DNA from: a virus
Lineage: Duplodnaviria > Caudoviricetes
Strand: one strand, 5' to 3'
Length of the DNA stretch: 39,196 nucleotides
IMG/VR virus record: IMGVR_UViG_3300038608_000019
Location: 1-39,196 of that record
Every line of letters starts with the position of its first letter. Position 1 is the stretch's first letter. This document shows, piece by piece, positions 9,743 to 19,600 of this stretch. The position numbers and the translations under genes are program-made. The notes under the pieces were generated by a model. The model saw nothing but the letters and a program-made list of their open reading frames with translations, made no database searches and was not told the origin of the DNA.

Positions 9743-10335
9743 AGACAGCTCCGACATCTGAACCGGTCTCAAAGACCGAAGTCAAGAAGCACCTGCGGCT
9801 TGTAACGACGACGGCAGAGGCGGATGCTTATACGACCGAAGACGATAAGCTGGCCGATCTTATAGCAACCGCGCGGATACAGGCTGAGCAGGAAACGGGG
9901 CGGGCATTTATTACGCAGACAAAAGCATTCTATCTCGACCAATGGCCGGGCTGTAATTTCATCCGACTGCCATATCCGCCGTTACAATCTGCAACAGTGA
10001 CCTATCGGCTCAAAGACGATACCGGATACGACAATACGCTCTCCACTGTGGACACGGACATCGTAAGCGAACCTGGACGGGTAATCTTGCAGCCAAATGA
10101 AGCATGGCCTTCTGGGATGCTCTACAGTGACAAACCCATCAAAATTGAATTTGTTTGCGGATATGGTGATGGTGGCGATGACGTTCCGGCTCCGATCAAG
10201 GCGGCGATACTGCTTAAAATATCCGACCTCTATGAGAACAGGGGGGAAATTGTTACGGGCGTCTCTGTGGGGAAAATACAGGGGGCTGTGGATGCGCTGC
10301 TGGCAAGTTATGTCATTCATTCGAGGTTCGACTAA
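9727..10335 (+). CDS. head-tail connector (gp6-like)
   Basis: [24 protein letters not shown]....VPAPIK.AILL....LYENR. Confidence 0.9.
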   Translation: MRIQLKTAPTSEPVSKTEVKKHLRLVTTTAEADAYTTEDDKLADLIATARIQAEQETGRAFITQTKAFYLDQWPGCNFIRLPYPPLQSATVTYRLKDDTGYDNTLSTVDTDIVSEPGRVILQPNEAWPSGMLYSDKPIKIEFVCGYGDGGDDVPAPIKAAILLKISDLYENRGEIVTGVSVGKIQGAVDALLASYVIHSRFD

Positions 10336-10832
10336 TGCGAGCGGGTAGAATGGATCGCGTAATTGTGCTCAAAGAAAAAGTCATAACAACCGATGACTTC
10401 GGCGAAGAGATTATTACATGGATTGACCTTGTTAAAGTGGGGACTGAACTTGCAACGGGTAAACTGACAACCGGAGTTCTCTACCAGATAACGGCAATGG
10501 AGAAGGATCATTTTTATGAAGGATGTGCGATTTATGACACATTTACGGCGACGGCAGAAACGGTGCTGAATGCGGCAAATAAAGTGAAGCCAGTTACTTT
10601 GCCGGCAACAGTCTGGGCTGAACGGCTGGAACTGAGGGGCGATGAACGCTGGCAGGCGATGCAAACCATTGCGGGGGTGTCATGCAAATACCGGATTCGA
10701 TACCGTGACGATGTTGATCCTGAATGTATTCTGATTGATGCGGATAGTAAAAAATATGACATCCAGGCAGTACTTGAACTTGGCAGACGTGAGGGATTGG
10801 AATTGATCGTATCGGCACGAGGTGAAAAATGA
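10335..10832 (+). CDS. head closure protein (SPP1 gp16-like) with ~58 aa insertion
   Basis: [11 protein letters not shown]....W, ATVWA, RIRYR, YDI..V. Confidence 0.85.
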   Translation: MRAGRMDRVIVLKEKVITTDDFGEEIITWIDLVKVGTELATGKLTTGVLYQITAMEKDHFYEGCAIYDTFTATAETVLNAANKVKPVTLPATVWAERLELRGDERWQAMQTIAGVSCKYRIRYRDDVDPECILIDADSKKYDIQAVLELGRREGLELIVSARGEK

Positions 10833-11413
10833 GTGTTTCACGTGGTGAATTTAAATTTGAGCTTATCGGCATGAAAGAATTGATGAAAAACCTTGAAGAA
10901 TTGCCAACTAAGTCCATGAAAAAAAGCGTAATCAGGAAAGCCATGAAGAAAGCCCTAAAGCCGACGGCTGAATTGTATAAATCCGCATTGCCCTATGCGC
11001 CAAAAAACAAGGGGTTCGAGAAGTCGCCTCATCTCAGGGATAGCGTGCAAGTCACATCGGCGTTGAAGCGCAGCCAGAAAAAGGATGGACTAAGAGTCGG
11101 GCGAGATGAGGCCGTCATGTATGTAGGGAGCAACGCGCCCCACGCTCATCTGCTGGAATTCGGGACTGCTGAACGGCAGCATAAAAAGCCGGGAGTTGCT
11201 CCGATAGGGGATGAATTCAGAGTCGTCCAGAGCACGGGCAGGGTCCAGGCAAGACCTTACCTCCGGCAGGCTTGGGAAGAAACGAAAACGGGAATTATGA
11301 AAATATTTGCAGCAGAGATGAAGATAGAACTTGAGAAAGCTGCAAAAAATTTAGCGGCTAAAGCTGCTAAAGGCACGTTAACGGCTGGCCAACAGCGGGG
11401 GTTATTGCGGTGA
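10829..11413 (+). CDS. HK97 gp10-like tail component
   Basis: G.KEL..NL..L, LRDSV, HAHLLEFGT, ARPYLRQAW. Confidence 0.88.
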   Translation: MSVSRGEFKFELIGMKELMKNLEELPTKSMKKSVIRKAMKKALKPTAELYKSALPYAPKNKGFEKSPHLRDSVQVTSALKRSQKKDGLRVGRDEAVMYVGSNAPHAHLLEFGTAERQHKKPGVAPIGDEFRVVQSTGRVQARPYLRQAWEETKTGIMKIFAAEMKIELEKAAKNLAAKAAKGTLTAGQQRGLLR

Positions 11414-11793
11414 TCGTAGAGAGCGCATTGAGGAAAACGATAATTGAAGACAATGGCGTGAAGAACGTTACAACTCGGGCTTATTTCAATTACATCCCTC
11501 AGAATCCAACCTATCCGCTTATCGTTCTACAGCGGGTGACAGGCAGTCGTGTTCATCATCTCGGCGGGCCGTCAGGGGCCGTGAGATTTCGAGCCCAGGT
11601 GGAATCATGGGCAGAAACGTATGATGCGGCAAAGAGTCTGGCAAACCTTATCAGGGTGGCACTGGATGGTAAAGAACACACACAAGACGGCGTTACTTTC
11701 TCCTGCCTATCGCAGGCAGAAATTGACGGATATGAAGACGCGGTGGGAGTTCACCGTATAATACAAGATTACTCGGTGCGATACACCGAATAA
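11410..11793 (+). CDS. tail terminator (DUF3168-like)
   Basis: PQNPTYP.IV.QRV, R.QV.SWA.TY..AK.LA...R.AL. Confidence 0.85.
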   Translation: MIVESALRKTIIEDNGVKNVTTRAYFNYIPQNPTYPLIVLQRVTGSRVHHLGGPSGAVRFRAQVESWAETYDAAKSLANLIRVALDGKEHTQDGVTFSCLSQAEIDGYEDAVGVHRIIQDYSVRYTE

Positions 11794-11810
11794 AAAAGGA
11801 GGACTAAAAA

Positions 11811-12452
11811 ATGGCAATACTTGATGGGCAAGGAACAAAATTGGAAATTGGAACGGGATCAACGGGATCGGCGGTAACAATAACCGGTATCACTTTAACG
11901 AATCCCATGATTTTAACAGCTACGGGGCATGGGCTGGTCAATGGTGATTTGGTAACAGCCGCGAGCTTTGCGGGCACCGATGCCGAGGATATTAACGATA
12001 ATACGTATGTCGTGAAATATGCTACGGATGACACGTTCGCTATCGAACTCGATGCAAGCGCGTTGACCATTGATGACAACACTGACCAGGCGACGATGAC
12101 CCCGGCAGCGTGGGCGAAGGTGGGCGTCATAACCAACTTCTCGATAAACCCCACGGCCTCGGAACGTGACCGGACGACGTTGGCCGACACAGAGCGCAAG
12201 TGGAAACGTGGCATTCGTGACGGCGGACAGATGACATTCAACCTGCTTTGGGATAACGCTGATACTGGTCTTGATGCTGTAGTCGCTGCGTATAAGGCCG
12301 ACACTGAAACGCTTGGTTTCAGGATCACATTCTCCGACGACGAAGCCATCACGCTAGAAAAAGGATATATCATTGATTACTCCATCTCAGGTGATGTTGA
12401 TGCCGACGCGACAGGCGCGATTACGATCAGAGGAACGGTGAAAGCAGCGTGA
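11811..12452 (+). CDS. major tail tube protein with inserted beta domain
   Basis: GTKLEI...TTL.D......GIRDGG tube motifs; insert ITGIT.TNP...T..HGL.NGD.V. Confidence 0.85.
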   Translation: MAILDGQGTKLEIGTGSTGSAVTITGITLTNPMILTATGHGLVNGDLVTAASFAGTDAEDINDNTYVVKYATDDTFAIELDASALTIDDNTDQATMTPAAWAKVGVITNFSINPTASERDRTTLADTERKWKRGIRDGGQMTFNLLWDNADTGLDAVVAAYKADTETLGFRITFSDDEAITLEKGYIIDYSISGDVDADATGAITIRGTVKAA

Positions 12453-12781
12453 AAATAGATATTAACGGTGAAAAGGTAAATATCAGGTTTACCTGGCGGC
12501 AACTTGCGCAAATAGAGGAAGAATTTGGCGATTCGCCTAATCTTTTTAAGCAGGAAATCCTTGCGCGGGTTGCTTCAATCGGAATTGATAAACCGGAATG
12601 GACGCCGGAGAGGATCATCGAAGAATCCCCTCCGCTGGTCCCATTTATTAAGGCCGTCGACGCTGCGATTAAACATGCTTACTTCGGGGGCGAGGAAGTC
12701 CCCAAGGAGACGGAAAAAAAAAGCCTCCTGCTGGTGGTTGGGTTATGCAGGCGTATAGCGCGGCTGTTCAGGCGGGAATAA
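12449..12781 (+). CDS. tail assembly chaperone (gpG-like)
   Basis: Between tube and tape measure; slippery A9 run near 3' end. Confidence 0.75.
   Translation: MKIDINGEKVNIRFTWRQLAQIEEEFGDSPNLFKQEILARVASIGIDKPEWTPERIIEESPPLVPFIKAVDAAIKHAYFGGEEVPKETEKKSLLLVVGLCRRIARLFRRE
12715..12721 (+). other. -1 programmed frameshift site A_AAA_AAA
   Basis: Heptamer in correct phase; -1 frame continues into the ORF ending at 13002. Confidence 0.75.
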
Positions 12782-13002
12782 GTCCCGTTGAGTTCTGGGA
12801 GCTTACTCCCTACCTGACGCACAAAGCCATAACTGCCTTGACAGACGGGCGCAATACACAGGCATGGACAATCGCTGCATTGACAAGGGCAAAGAAAATG
12901 CCGAAGTTGGCAGATATGACCAGTAAGCCAACTGGCGCGAGAGAAAATATGGAAAATGAATTGAAGAAAGCGTTAATCGGGAGAAAGAAAAATGGCCACT
13001 AG
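12721..13002 (+). CDS. tail assembly chaperone frameshift extension (gpT-like)
   Basis: GISP.EFWELTP...AW..A.L.R.KK.PKL motif in -1 frame. Confidence 0.75.
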   Translation, partial: KPPAGGWVMQAYSAAVQAGISPVEFWELTPYLTHKAITALTDGRNTQAWTIAALTRAKKMPKLADMTSKPTGARENMENELKKALIGRKKNGH

Positions 13003-15208
13003 TATTGGGTCAGTTCGCGCGGACATGTCCGCAAATTGGGGCGCGTTCAAAAATGACATGGGGAAGGCCAAGCAGGCAGTGCAAGAAAATGCGACTGCCA
13101 TGGAACGCGCTATGGCTAAAGTTGGCGGCGGATTTACAAAGGCGACCGGAAGCCTGAAGACCTTTGTCTCGGCTCTGGCAATAGGCGCGGCTTTCCGCGC
13201 TATTATAAAAGCCACAACCGAGCAAGAGGCCGCAGTTGCACAACTTGAGCAGACCTTGAAATCAACAGGCAGATACACGCCGGAGCTATCCGCGAAGCTT
13301 CAGGAATACGCCGGACACTTACAAAAAACAACAACCTATGCCGACGAAACAGTAAACGCGATGCAGGCTCTTCTTCTCACATTCACGAATATTGGCGGGG
13401 ATGAGTTCAACCGCGCGCAGATGGCGGTGCTCGATGTCGCGACTGCCATGAAAACAGACTTAAAAACAGCAGCCATCCAGGTAGGCAAGGCTCTTAATGA
13501 CCCGGTTCTTGGCATGACTGCTCTCTCACGGTCTGGCATACAGTTTTCGGACGCGCAAAAAGAAGTAGTAAAACAGCTTGTAGCGACAGGTGATATGGTC
13601 GGGGCGCAAAAAGTAATTCTGAAAGAGCTTGAAGTGCAATTTGGCGGCAGCGCGAATGCTGCAAGAAACACTTTGGGTGGCGCTCTGGAAGGGCTAAAAA
13701 ACGCTTTCGGAGACTTGCTTGAAGGCGATACGAAAGGCGGCGGCGTCAAAGGGACAACAGCAGCCCTCAATGAACTTACGAAACTTCTAAGCGACAAACA
13801 AACCGTAGAAAATGCCCAAGTCCTCATCAACGCAATGATAACCGGGTTTTCCAAAGTGGCAGAAAAAATATCAACAGTAGTTGAATTTACAAAATGGTTC
13901 AGCGAACAAGGGGCGGCGCTGATATATGGTGTAAATAGCGACGACATTATTAGGTTATCGGAGAACTTGGATGTTGCAAAAAAGAAATTAGCTGATCTGG
14001 AAAAAGACTATCCGGCCGGGGCGTTACCTGACAAGCTCTTGGGAAAAATCGGAATATCCGGTGAGATGCTGGATAAAGTGCGGGGCATTACAAGCGCGCG
14101 AGAAGAAGTAGCCAAACTCCAGAAACAAGTTGACGATTATTATGCCGCCGAGGAAAAGAGAAGAGCAACGCCACAGGTAGTTGCTCCAAATGTCCCAGCC
14201 GTTAAGGGCGCGCAAAAAGGGATATCAGAGGATGGGTCCGCTGAGCGAAAAAAAAGAGAGGCAGATGAACAGAAAGCACAAGAGTTAAGGCGAGAAATAT
14301 ACCTTAAAGATGAAGCCGACAAATGGGAAAAACTAGAAGAATACGAAAAAGATTATGCCGATAAACAAGCAAAATTTCAGGATGATTATAAACGCGCCAC
14401 GATGTCAACGACTGCATATGAATTAGAGCAATTAAGTCTGCGCTATGATGAATATGCAACATATATCAGTGATAAGGAAAAGCTTGATGAATGGTATGAA
14501 GCGGAAAAAGCCAGACTGCTGGATAAAGAGGCTGATAAAGAAAAAGATCAATTTGATGATCTGAAAAGAGTAATTGAAGGCTGGGGACGCGACAGTACAG
14601 ATGCAATAGTTAAATTTTGTCGGACTGGCGAGATGTCGTTCTCAAATATGATTGACTCCATGATTGATGATTTATTACGAATGGTGATTCAAGAGCAAAT
14701 TATGTCCCCGCTGTTTAAGGGTATTTCCCAGGGCATTGGCGGCTTGGCTGGCGGATTTATAAGTGGACTTTTTGGCGGTGGAAGCGCACCAGTAGGTGGT
14801 GGAGGAAATGTACCGCCAGAAGTATTTGTAACAAAACACGGCGGGGCTTTTCTTAATGGCGAGGTTCTGCCGTTTGCCAGAGGAGGTATTGTATCACAAC
14901 CTACAGTGTTTCCTATGGCCAGGGGGACAGGTCTGATGGGTGAGGCGGGGGCGGAAGCTGTAATGCCGCTTGCCAGAGTAGGTGGCGATTTGGGAGTAAG
15001 GGCTTTAGCCGGTGGGGGAACTGAGGTCAACATTTACAACAACGTCGGAGCTGATGTATCAACAAAAGAACGCACAACAGCAGACGGCTCTAAAGCGATT
15101 GACGTTTATATTGACCAGGCAGTTGCCAAGAAGCTGGGGCAGTTCGGCTCTCAATCGAACAGGGCAATGAGACAAATGGGCGGGCGGCAACCGCTCACGG
15201 GGAGATAA
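12992..15208 (+). CDS. tape measure protein
   Basis: 738 aa Ala-rich helical; GKALNDP..G..AL.R.G; C-terminal FARGG.V..PT.F...GLMGEAGAEAVMPL. Confidence 0.93.
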   Translation: MATSIGSVRADMSANWGAFKNDMGKAKQAVQENATAMERAMAKVGGGFTKATGSLKTFVSALAIGAAFRAIIKATTEQEAAVAQLEQTLKSTGRYTPELSAKLQEYAGHLQKTTTYADETVNAMQALLLTFTNIGGDEFNRAQMAVLDVATAMKTDLKTAAIQVGKALNDPVLGMTALSRSGIQFSDAQKEVVKQLVATGDMVGAQKVILKELEVQFGGSANAARNTLGGALEGLKNAFGDLLEGDTKGGGVKGTTAALNELTKLLSDKQTVENAQVLINAMITGFSKVAEKISTVVEFTKWFSEQGAALIYGVNSDDIIRLSENLDVAKKKLADLEKDYPAGALPDKLLGKIGISGEMLDKVRGITSAREEVAKLQKQVDDYYAAEEKRRATPQVVAPNVPAVKGAQKGISEDGSAERKKREADEQKAQELRREIYLKDEADKWEKLEEYEKDYADKQAKFQDDYKRATMSTTAYELEQLSLRYDEYATYISDKEKLDEWYEAEKARLLDKEADKEKDQFDDLKRVIEGWGRDSTDAIVKFCRTGEMSFSNMIDSMIDDLLRMVIQEQIMSPLFKGISQGIGGLAGGFISGLFGGGSAPVGGGGNVPPEVFVTKHGGAFLNGEVLPFARGGIVSQPTVFPMARGTGLMGEAGAEAVMPLARVGGDLGVRALAGGGTEVNIYNNVGADVSTKERTTADGSKAIDVYIDQAVAKKLGQFGSQSNRAMRQMGGRQPLTGR

Positions 15209-15211
15209 AAA

Positions 15212-15568
15212 ATGAGCATACCAACATGGGATAATACTTTACCACAAACATTGCTCGTTGATGGTTATGGGCAATCATTTCCGGAGTTGATAATCAAATC
15301 CAATATGGATGCCGGGCCAGCTAAGGTTAGACGGCGTTTCACGGCTGGAGTAGAGCCAGTATCAGGCACGATGATAATGACGGAAACACAATTAACAGCT
15401 TTGGCAACATTTTATAACACTACATTGCTCGGTGGTTCTCTGCGTTTTTCGTGGACAAAACCACCTGCACATACGGCGGCATGTGAGATGAGATTTACCG
15501 CGTCTCCATCATGGACGAAAGTTGATTCAAATTATGAAGTAAGTTTATCACTGGAAATATTGCCTTAA
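15212..15568 (+). CDS. distal tail protein (lambda gpM-like)
   Basis: MDAGPAKVRRRFT motif directly after tape measure. Confidence 0.75.
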   Translation: MSIPTWDNTLPQTLLVDGYGQSFPELIIKSNMDAGPAKVRRRFTAGVEPVSGTMIMTETQLTALATFYNTTLLGGSLRFSWTKPPAHTAACEMRFTASPSWTKVDSNYEVSLSLEILP

Positions 15569-15608
15569 GAGGATATATGCTAACATTATTATTGAGGGAG
15601 AGCGCATC

Positions 15609-16124
15609 ATGACTACTGTATCTCTGGGTTTCCGTGATGCCGCTTTTGCGCAGGAAACTGGCCGTGTTCCTATTGCCTTAATTACGCTTTCGCATCCTGA
15701 CCTTGCCGACGATATCAGGATCAGCACTGATCCAACGCAGGAATTAACTGAATTTACAACGGACACAGAAAAAGTTTATGGCACAATATCAAATGGGAAA
15801 ACATATTTTTTCCTACCGGTGCGCATAAAGCTACCTGATGAAACAGATGAAGGCCCAGGTGAAATGCAACTTGAGATCGACAATATTCACCGCGCATACA
15901 TGGAGACGATAAGAAGCGTTTTTACGCCTGTAACTTGTCAGATTGATCTTGTTATGGACAATGCGCTTGATACGGTAGATGCAAGTTGGCCTGAGTTCAA
16001 GTTAACCAACATTACATACAATGCAACGACGATTACGGGGACTCTACGGTTGGAAACATTAGAGTCTGAACCATTCCCTTCTGGTTCAATGACCCCATCT
16101 TATTTCCCAGGACTGTTCTTATGA
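15609..16124 (+). CDS. tail tip protein (DUF1833/gpL-like)
   Basis: LITLSHP, I.LP.E, L.IDNI, EPFP...TP..FPGLF. Confidence 0.75.
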   Translation: MTTVSLGFRDAAFAQETGRVPIALITLSHPDLADDIRISTDPTQELTEFTTDTEKVYGTISNGKTYFFLPVRIKLPDETDEGPGEMQLEIDNIHRAYMETIRSVFTPVTCQIDLVMDNALDTVDASWPEFKLTNITYNATTITGTLRLETLESEPFPSGSMTPSYFPGLFL

Positions 16125-16246
16125 GCAAAATTAAAAAATGTATTAAATGTGGGATCGAAAAGGTTTTAAATGCGTTTCAGAAGCGTAATGCCACTGGAAA
16201 TAACTTGCGTGGAGAATGTAGGGATTGCGCTAAGATACTTGGGTGA
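16121..16246 (+). pseudogene. truncated endonuclease Zn-finger remnant (41 aa)
   Basis: MSKIKKCIKCGIEKVLNAFQKRNATGNNLRGECRDCAKILG; same finger pattern as the 483 HNH; ATGA-coupled to upstream gene. Confidence 0.7.
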
Positions 16247-16254
16247 GAGTTTTT

Positions 16255-16668
16255 ATGAGTTGGGCTGAAAACTACATCGGAATCCCGTTCGGGAAAAATG
16301 GCAACACAAGAGAATCCCTCGACTGCTGGCGGCTTGTAGTTCTTGTTTATCACGAGAAGCTGGGGGTTGAATTGCCTGATTATTCAGGGATATTTGTTGA
16401 CGACTCATTAACTTCGTTAATAAAAGTAACTCGCAAGATCAGGGAAGAAAAACAAAAATGGGAATGTGTTGATAAGCCACAAACATACGATGTGATTTTA
16501 CTCCGAACAGGTAATATGGTCTATCATACTGGGATAGTGATAGATCAAAAACGAATGTTACACACAATGGAAGGTATTAATTCCACAATCGAGGAATACA
16601 AGAGTCTTCAATGGAAAGATAAGGTCGAAGGGTTTTATCATTATGGAAAACAGACAAATCATAGTTAG
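16255..16668 (+). CDS. NlpC/P60 tail-tip peptidase (gpK-like)
   Basis: YIGIPF...DCW.LV..VY, HTGI, MLH. Confidence 0.88.
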   Translation: MSWAENYIGIPFGKNGNTRESLDCWRLVVLVYHEKLGVELPDYSGIFVDDSLTSLIKVTRKIREEKQKWECVDKPQTYDVILLRTGNMVYHTGIVIDQKRMLHTMEGINSTIEEYKSLQWKDKVEGFYHYGKQTNHS

Positions 16669-19600
16669 CCCATTTGCCTTTCACGCTCCTAAAGTGGCGT
16701 GTATTCCGCATGGGCTGACAATTCGGCAGATTGTGGAGCGAATGGATCAGTCTGCGTGGTCTGGGGCTTATCTCGTTGAGGTTGATGGACTTCCCGTGCC
16801 CCGCGAAGAATGGGAACTTGTCCCAGATGTTGCAGCTCATGTTCTTATTTATGCTCCTCTGCATGGTGGTGGTGGTGGTGGTGGTAAAAATCCCCTGCGG
16901 ACGATTCTGACTATTGTCGTAGCTGTGGCGGCGGTAGTAGTATCAAAAGGAGCCTTAGCTCCTTATATGGGAGAAATGTTTGCGGCCGGTGAACTAGGCG
17001 CATATGCCGCCGGTGCTGTTGTCATGACCGCCGGATCGCTACTCGTCAATGCCATTGCGCCAATCAAATATTCTAATTCACTGGCAGCACGGCAAAGTTA
17101 TAACGATTCTCCTACGTATTCAATCGGGGCAAATTCCAACCAGGCTAATCCATGGGGGCCTATACCGGTAGCCCTCGGAACGCATAAAGTATATCCGCCT
17201 CTGGGTGCGAGTTCATATACGGAGCTAGTCGGCTCGGACGAATACCTGCGCATGTTGTTTGTGTGGGGGTATGGGCCGTTGAAGATCGAGAACATCAAGA
17301 TCGGCGACACGCTTCTTTCTTCATATGCCGGTGTCGAGGTGCAAACCAAAGAAGGATGGTCAACCGATACACCATTGACTCTTTTCCCATCTGCCGTGCG
17401 GCAAGACTCCATCGGCGTGATAATTACGAATACCGGTGGGCAAGTCGTAAGAACGGCGAAAGCAAATGTTGATGAGCTGTCGGTCGATGTGGCCTTTGCT
17501 CGCGGCTTGGTGCAGTTTAATGACCAGGGCAATAGAACTGCCCGAAGTGTTATCGTTCTGGTGCAATACCGGGAGGTAGGGGCGCCATCGTGGACAACCG
17601 TTGAACAGAAGACCTTCTCCGATTTGACAACCTCTGCCGTCCGCTATGGATGGCGATGGACTGTAAACAATACGAAATCATATGAAGTCGGTATTACGCG
17701 CATGACAGCCGATACCGACGATGACCGAATACTCGATGAATTATACTGGGTATATCTCAGAAACATCGAAACAACTTATCCCATTACATTTCCTCATCCT
17801 CTGGCGGTAACCGCTCTTAGAATCAAGGCTACGGATCAACTAAGTGGACAATTGGATAATCTTAACGGCGTTGTGTCGTCGTATTGTCCGGTGTGGGACG
17901 ATGTGGCCGGGACATGGGGATCGACTGAAGCCTCTTATGCGGTGACCAATAACCCTGCTGCGCTTATTCGACATGTTTTGATGAGCAAAGCGAATGCCAG
18001 GGCGCGAACATCCACGCAAATTGACGATGCCACCCTCGGCGAATTCTATGAATTCTGCGAGACAAAAGGCTACAAATTCAATATGTATCGGGACTACACG
18101 TCTTCTGTGTTTGAGGCATGCCAGGATATTGCCTCAACAGCGCGGGCGGCAATCACAATTAAGGATGGCCTCTGGTCGGTTACTGCCGACACAGGCAATC
18201 AAATACTTACTCAACACATCACGCCACGTAACTCATGGGGATTTAGCGCGGAGAAGCAGCTTTATAACCGGCCTCACGCGTTCAGGATAAAATTCAAAAA
18301 TGAACTGAACGATTACAACGATGATGAACGTATAGTTTACGATGACGGCTATAATTCCGGCAATGCCACGCTTTTCGAAACCATAGAATTTCCGGGCATA
18401 ACCAAACCTGACTTGATCTGGAAATTTGGTCGCTATCATATTGCACAAGCGAGACTTCGGCCTGAAATGTATTCGCTTTATATGGATTTTGAACATCTTG
18501 TGTGCCGGAAGGGAGATAAAGTCCGCGTATCACATGATATTCCGCTTTGGGGCTTGAGCTGGGGCCGGGTGAAATCGCTGGATGTTGTTTCGGGCAATAT
18601 AATACATATTACCCTTGATGAATTATCTGCAATGGAGACCGGCAAAAGTTACGCTTGCAGATTCAGAAAGTCTGATGGCGCTACGCAAGTTTTATCCATT
18701 GTGACTGAAGTCGGAGAAACGGCGACACTTCAACTTCAAACTCCTGTTGCTGAGGCTTTAGGGCCGAAGGTCGGCGATCTGGCCATGTTTGGCAAGGCGA
18801 ACAGTGAGACGGTCGAGTTGCTGGTGCATTCCATCCAGCGGGCGGGTGACTTTACCGCTCAACTATTTCTTGTTGATGTAGCCTCTGCAATATACACATC
18901 AGACACTGGCACCATACCTCCATTTGACCCGCAGACAACAACGTCGGTTGATGTGACAACTTTACCTCCTGATCCCCCTACTATAGACGCAACGGTGGCC
19001 GGGACAGATGTTTCAACGGCTTCTGGCGGAGGCAGCACATCATCGATCATCGTGTATTTATCCGCTCCTGCCAACACGGTAAGAATCAGAGGATATCGGT
19101 TGCGATACAGGATCGTCGGTGAAACACAATTCCAATATACGCCGGAGATGGATAATCTGACAATCACGATACCGAATGTCATTGAGGGCGTGGAATATGA
19201 GATACAGGCTCAATCAATATCCGTTTATGGCGTGCCTTCCACTTGGACATCAATCGGGACGGGCATACCGGGAACGCCGCAAATAGTCCCTGCACATCCG
19301 ACTGGGATTACAGCGGAACTTGTTGCCGGTGGTGAGGCATATAATTATTGCGCCGTCCGAGTTATCTTCACGCCTCCGCCCACATCGTTATATTCGCACT
19401 GCGATATTTACGCTTCTAACGATAACATAAACTATCACTATGTTGGCCAGAATACGGCAGGGTCTTTTGTTTTTTCCGGGCTGGGCTCGATATATGAGAC
19501 CGGCGACACTTGTTACATCAAGCTTCGCAGCGTTTCAACTTTTGCACTGGCAGAAGCAATGCCTGCCGCATATGACACGTCTATTGTAATAAATGGCGCT

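Noticed and set aside
11804-13947. Long antisense ORFs (e.g. 11804-12373, 13336-13947)
   Set aside because: Shadows of well-supported plus-strand tail genes, with no motifs or RBS
16865-16885. Phase-variable tract
   Set aside because: Triplet repeat; slippage would only change glycine linker length
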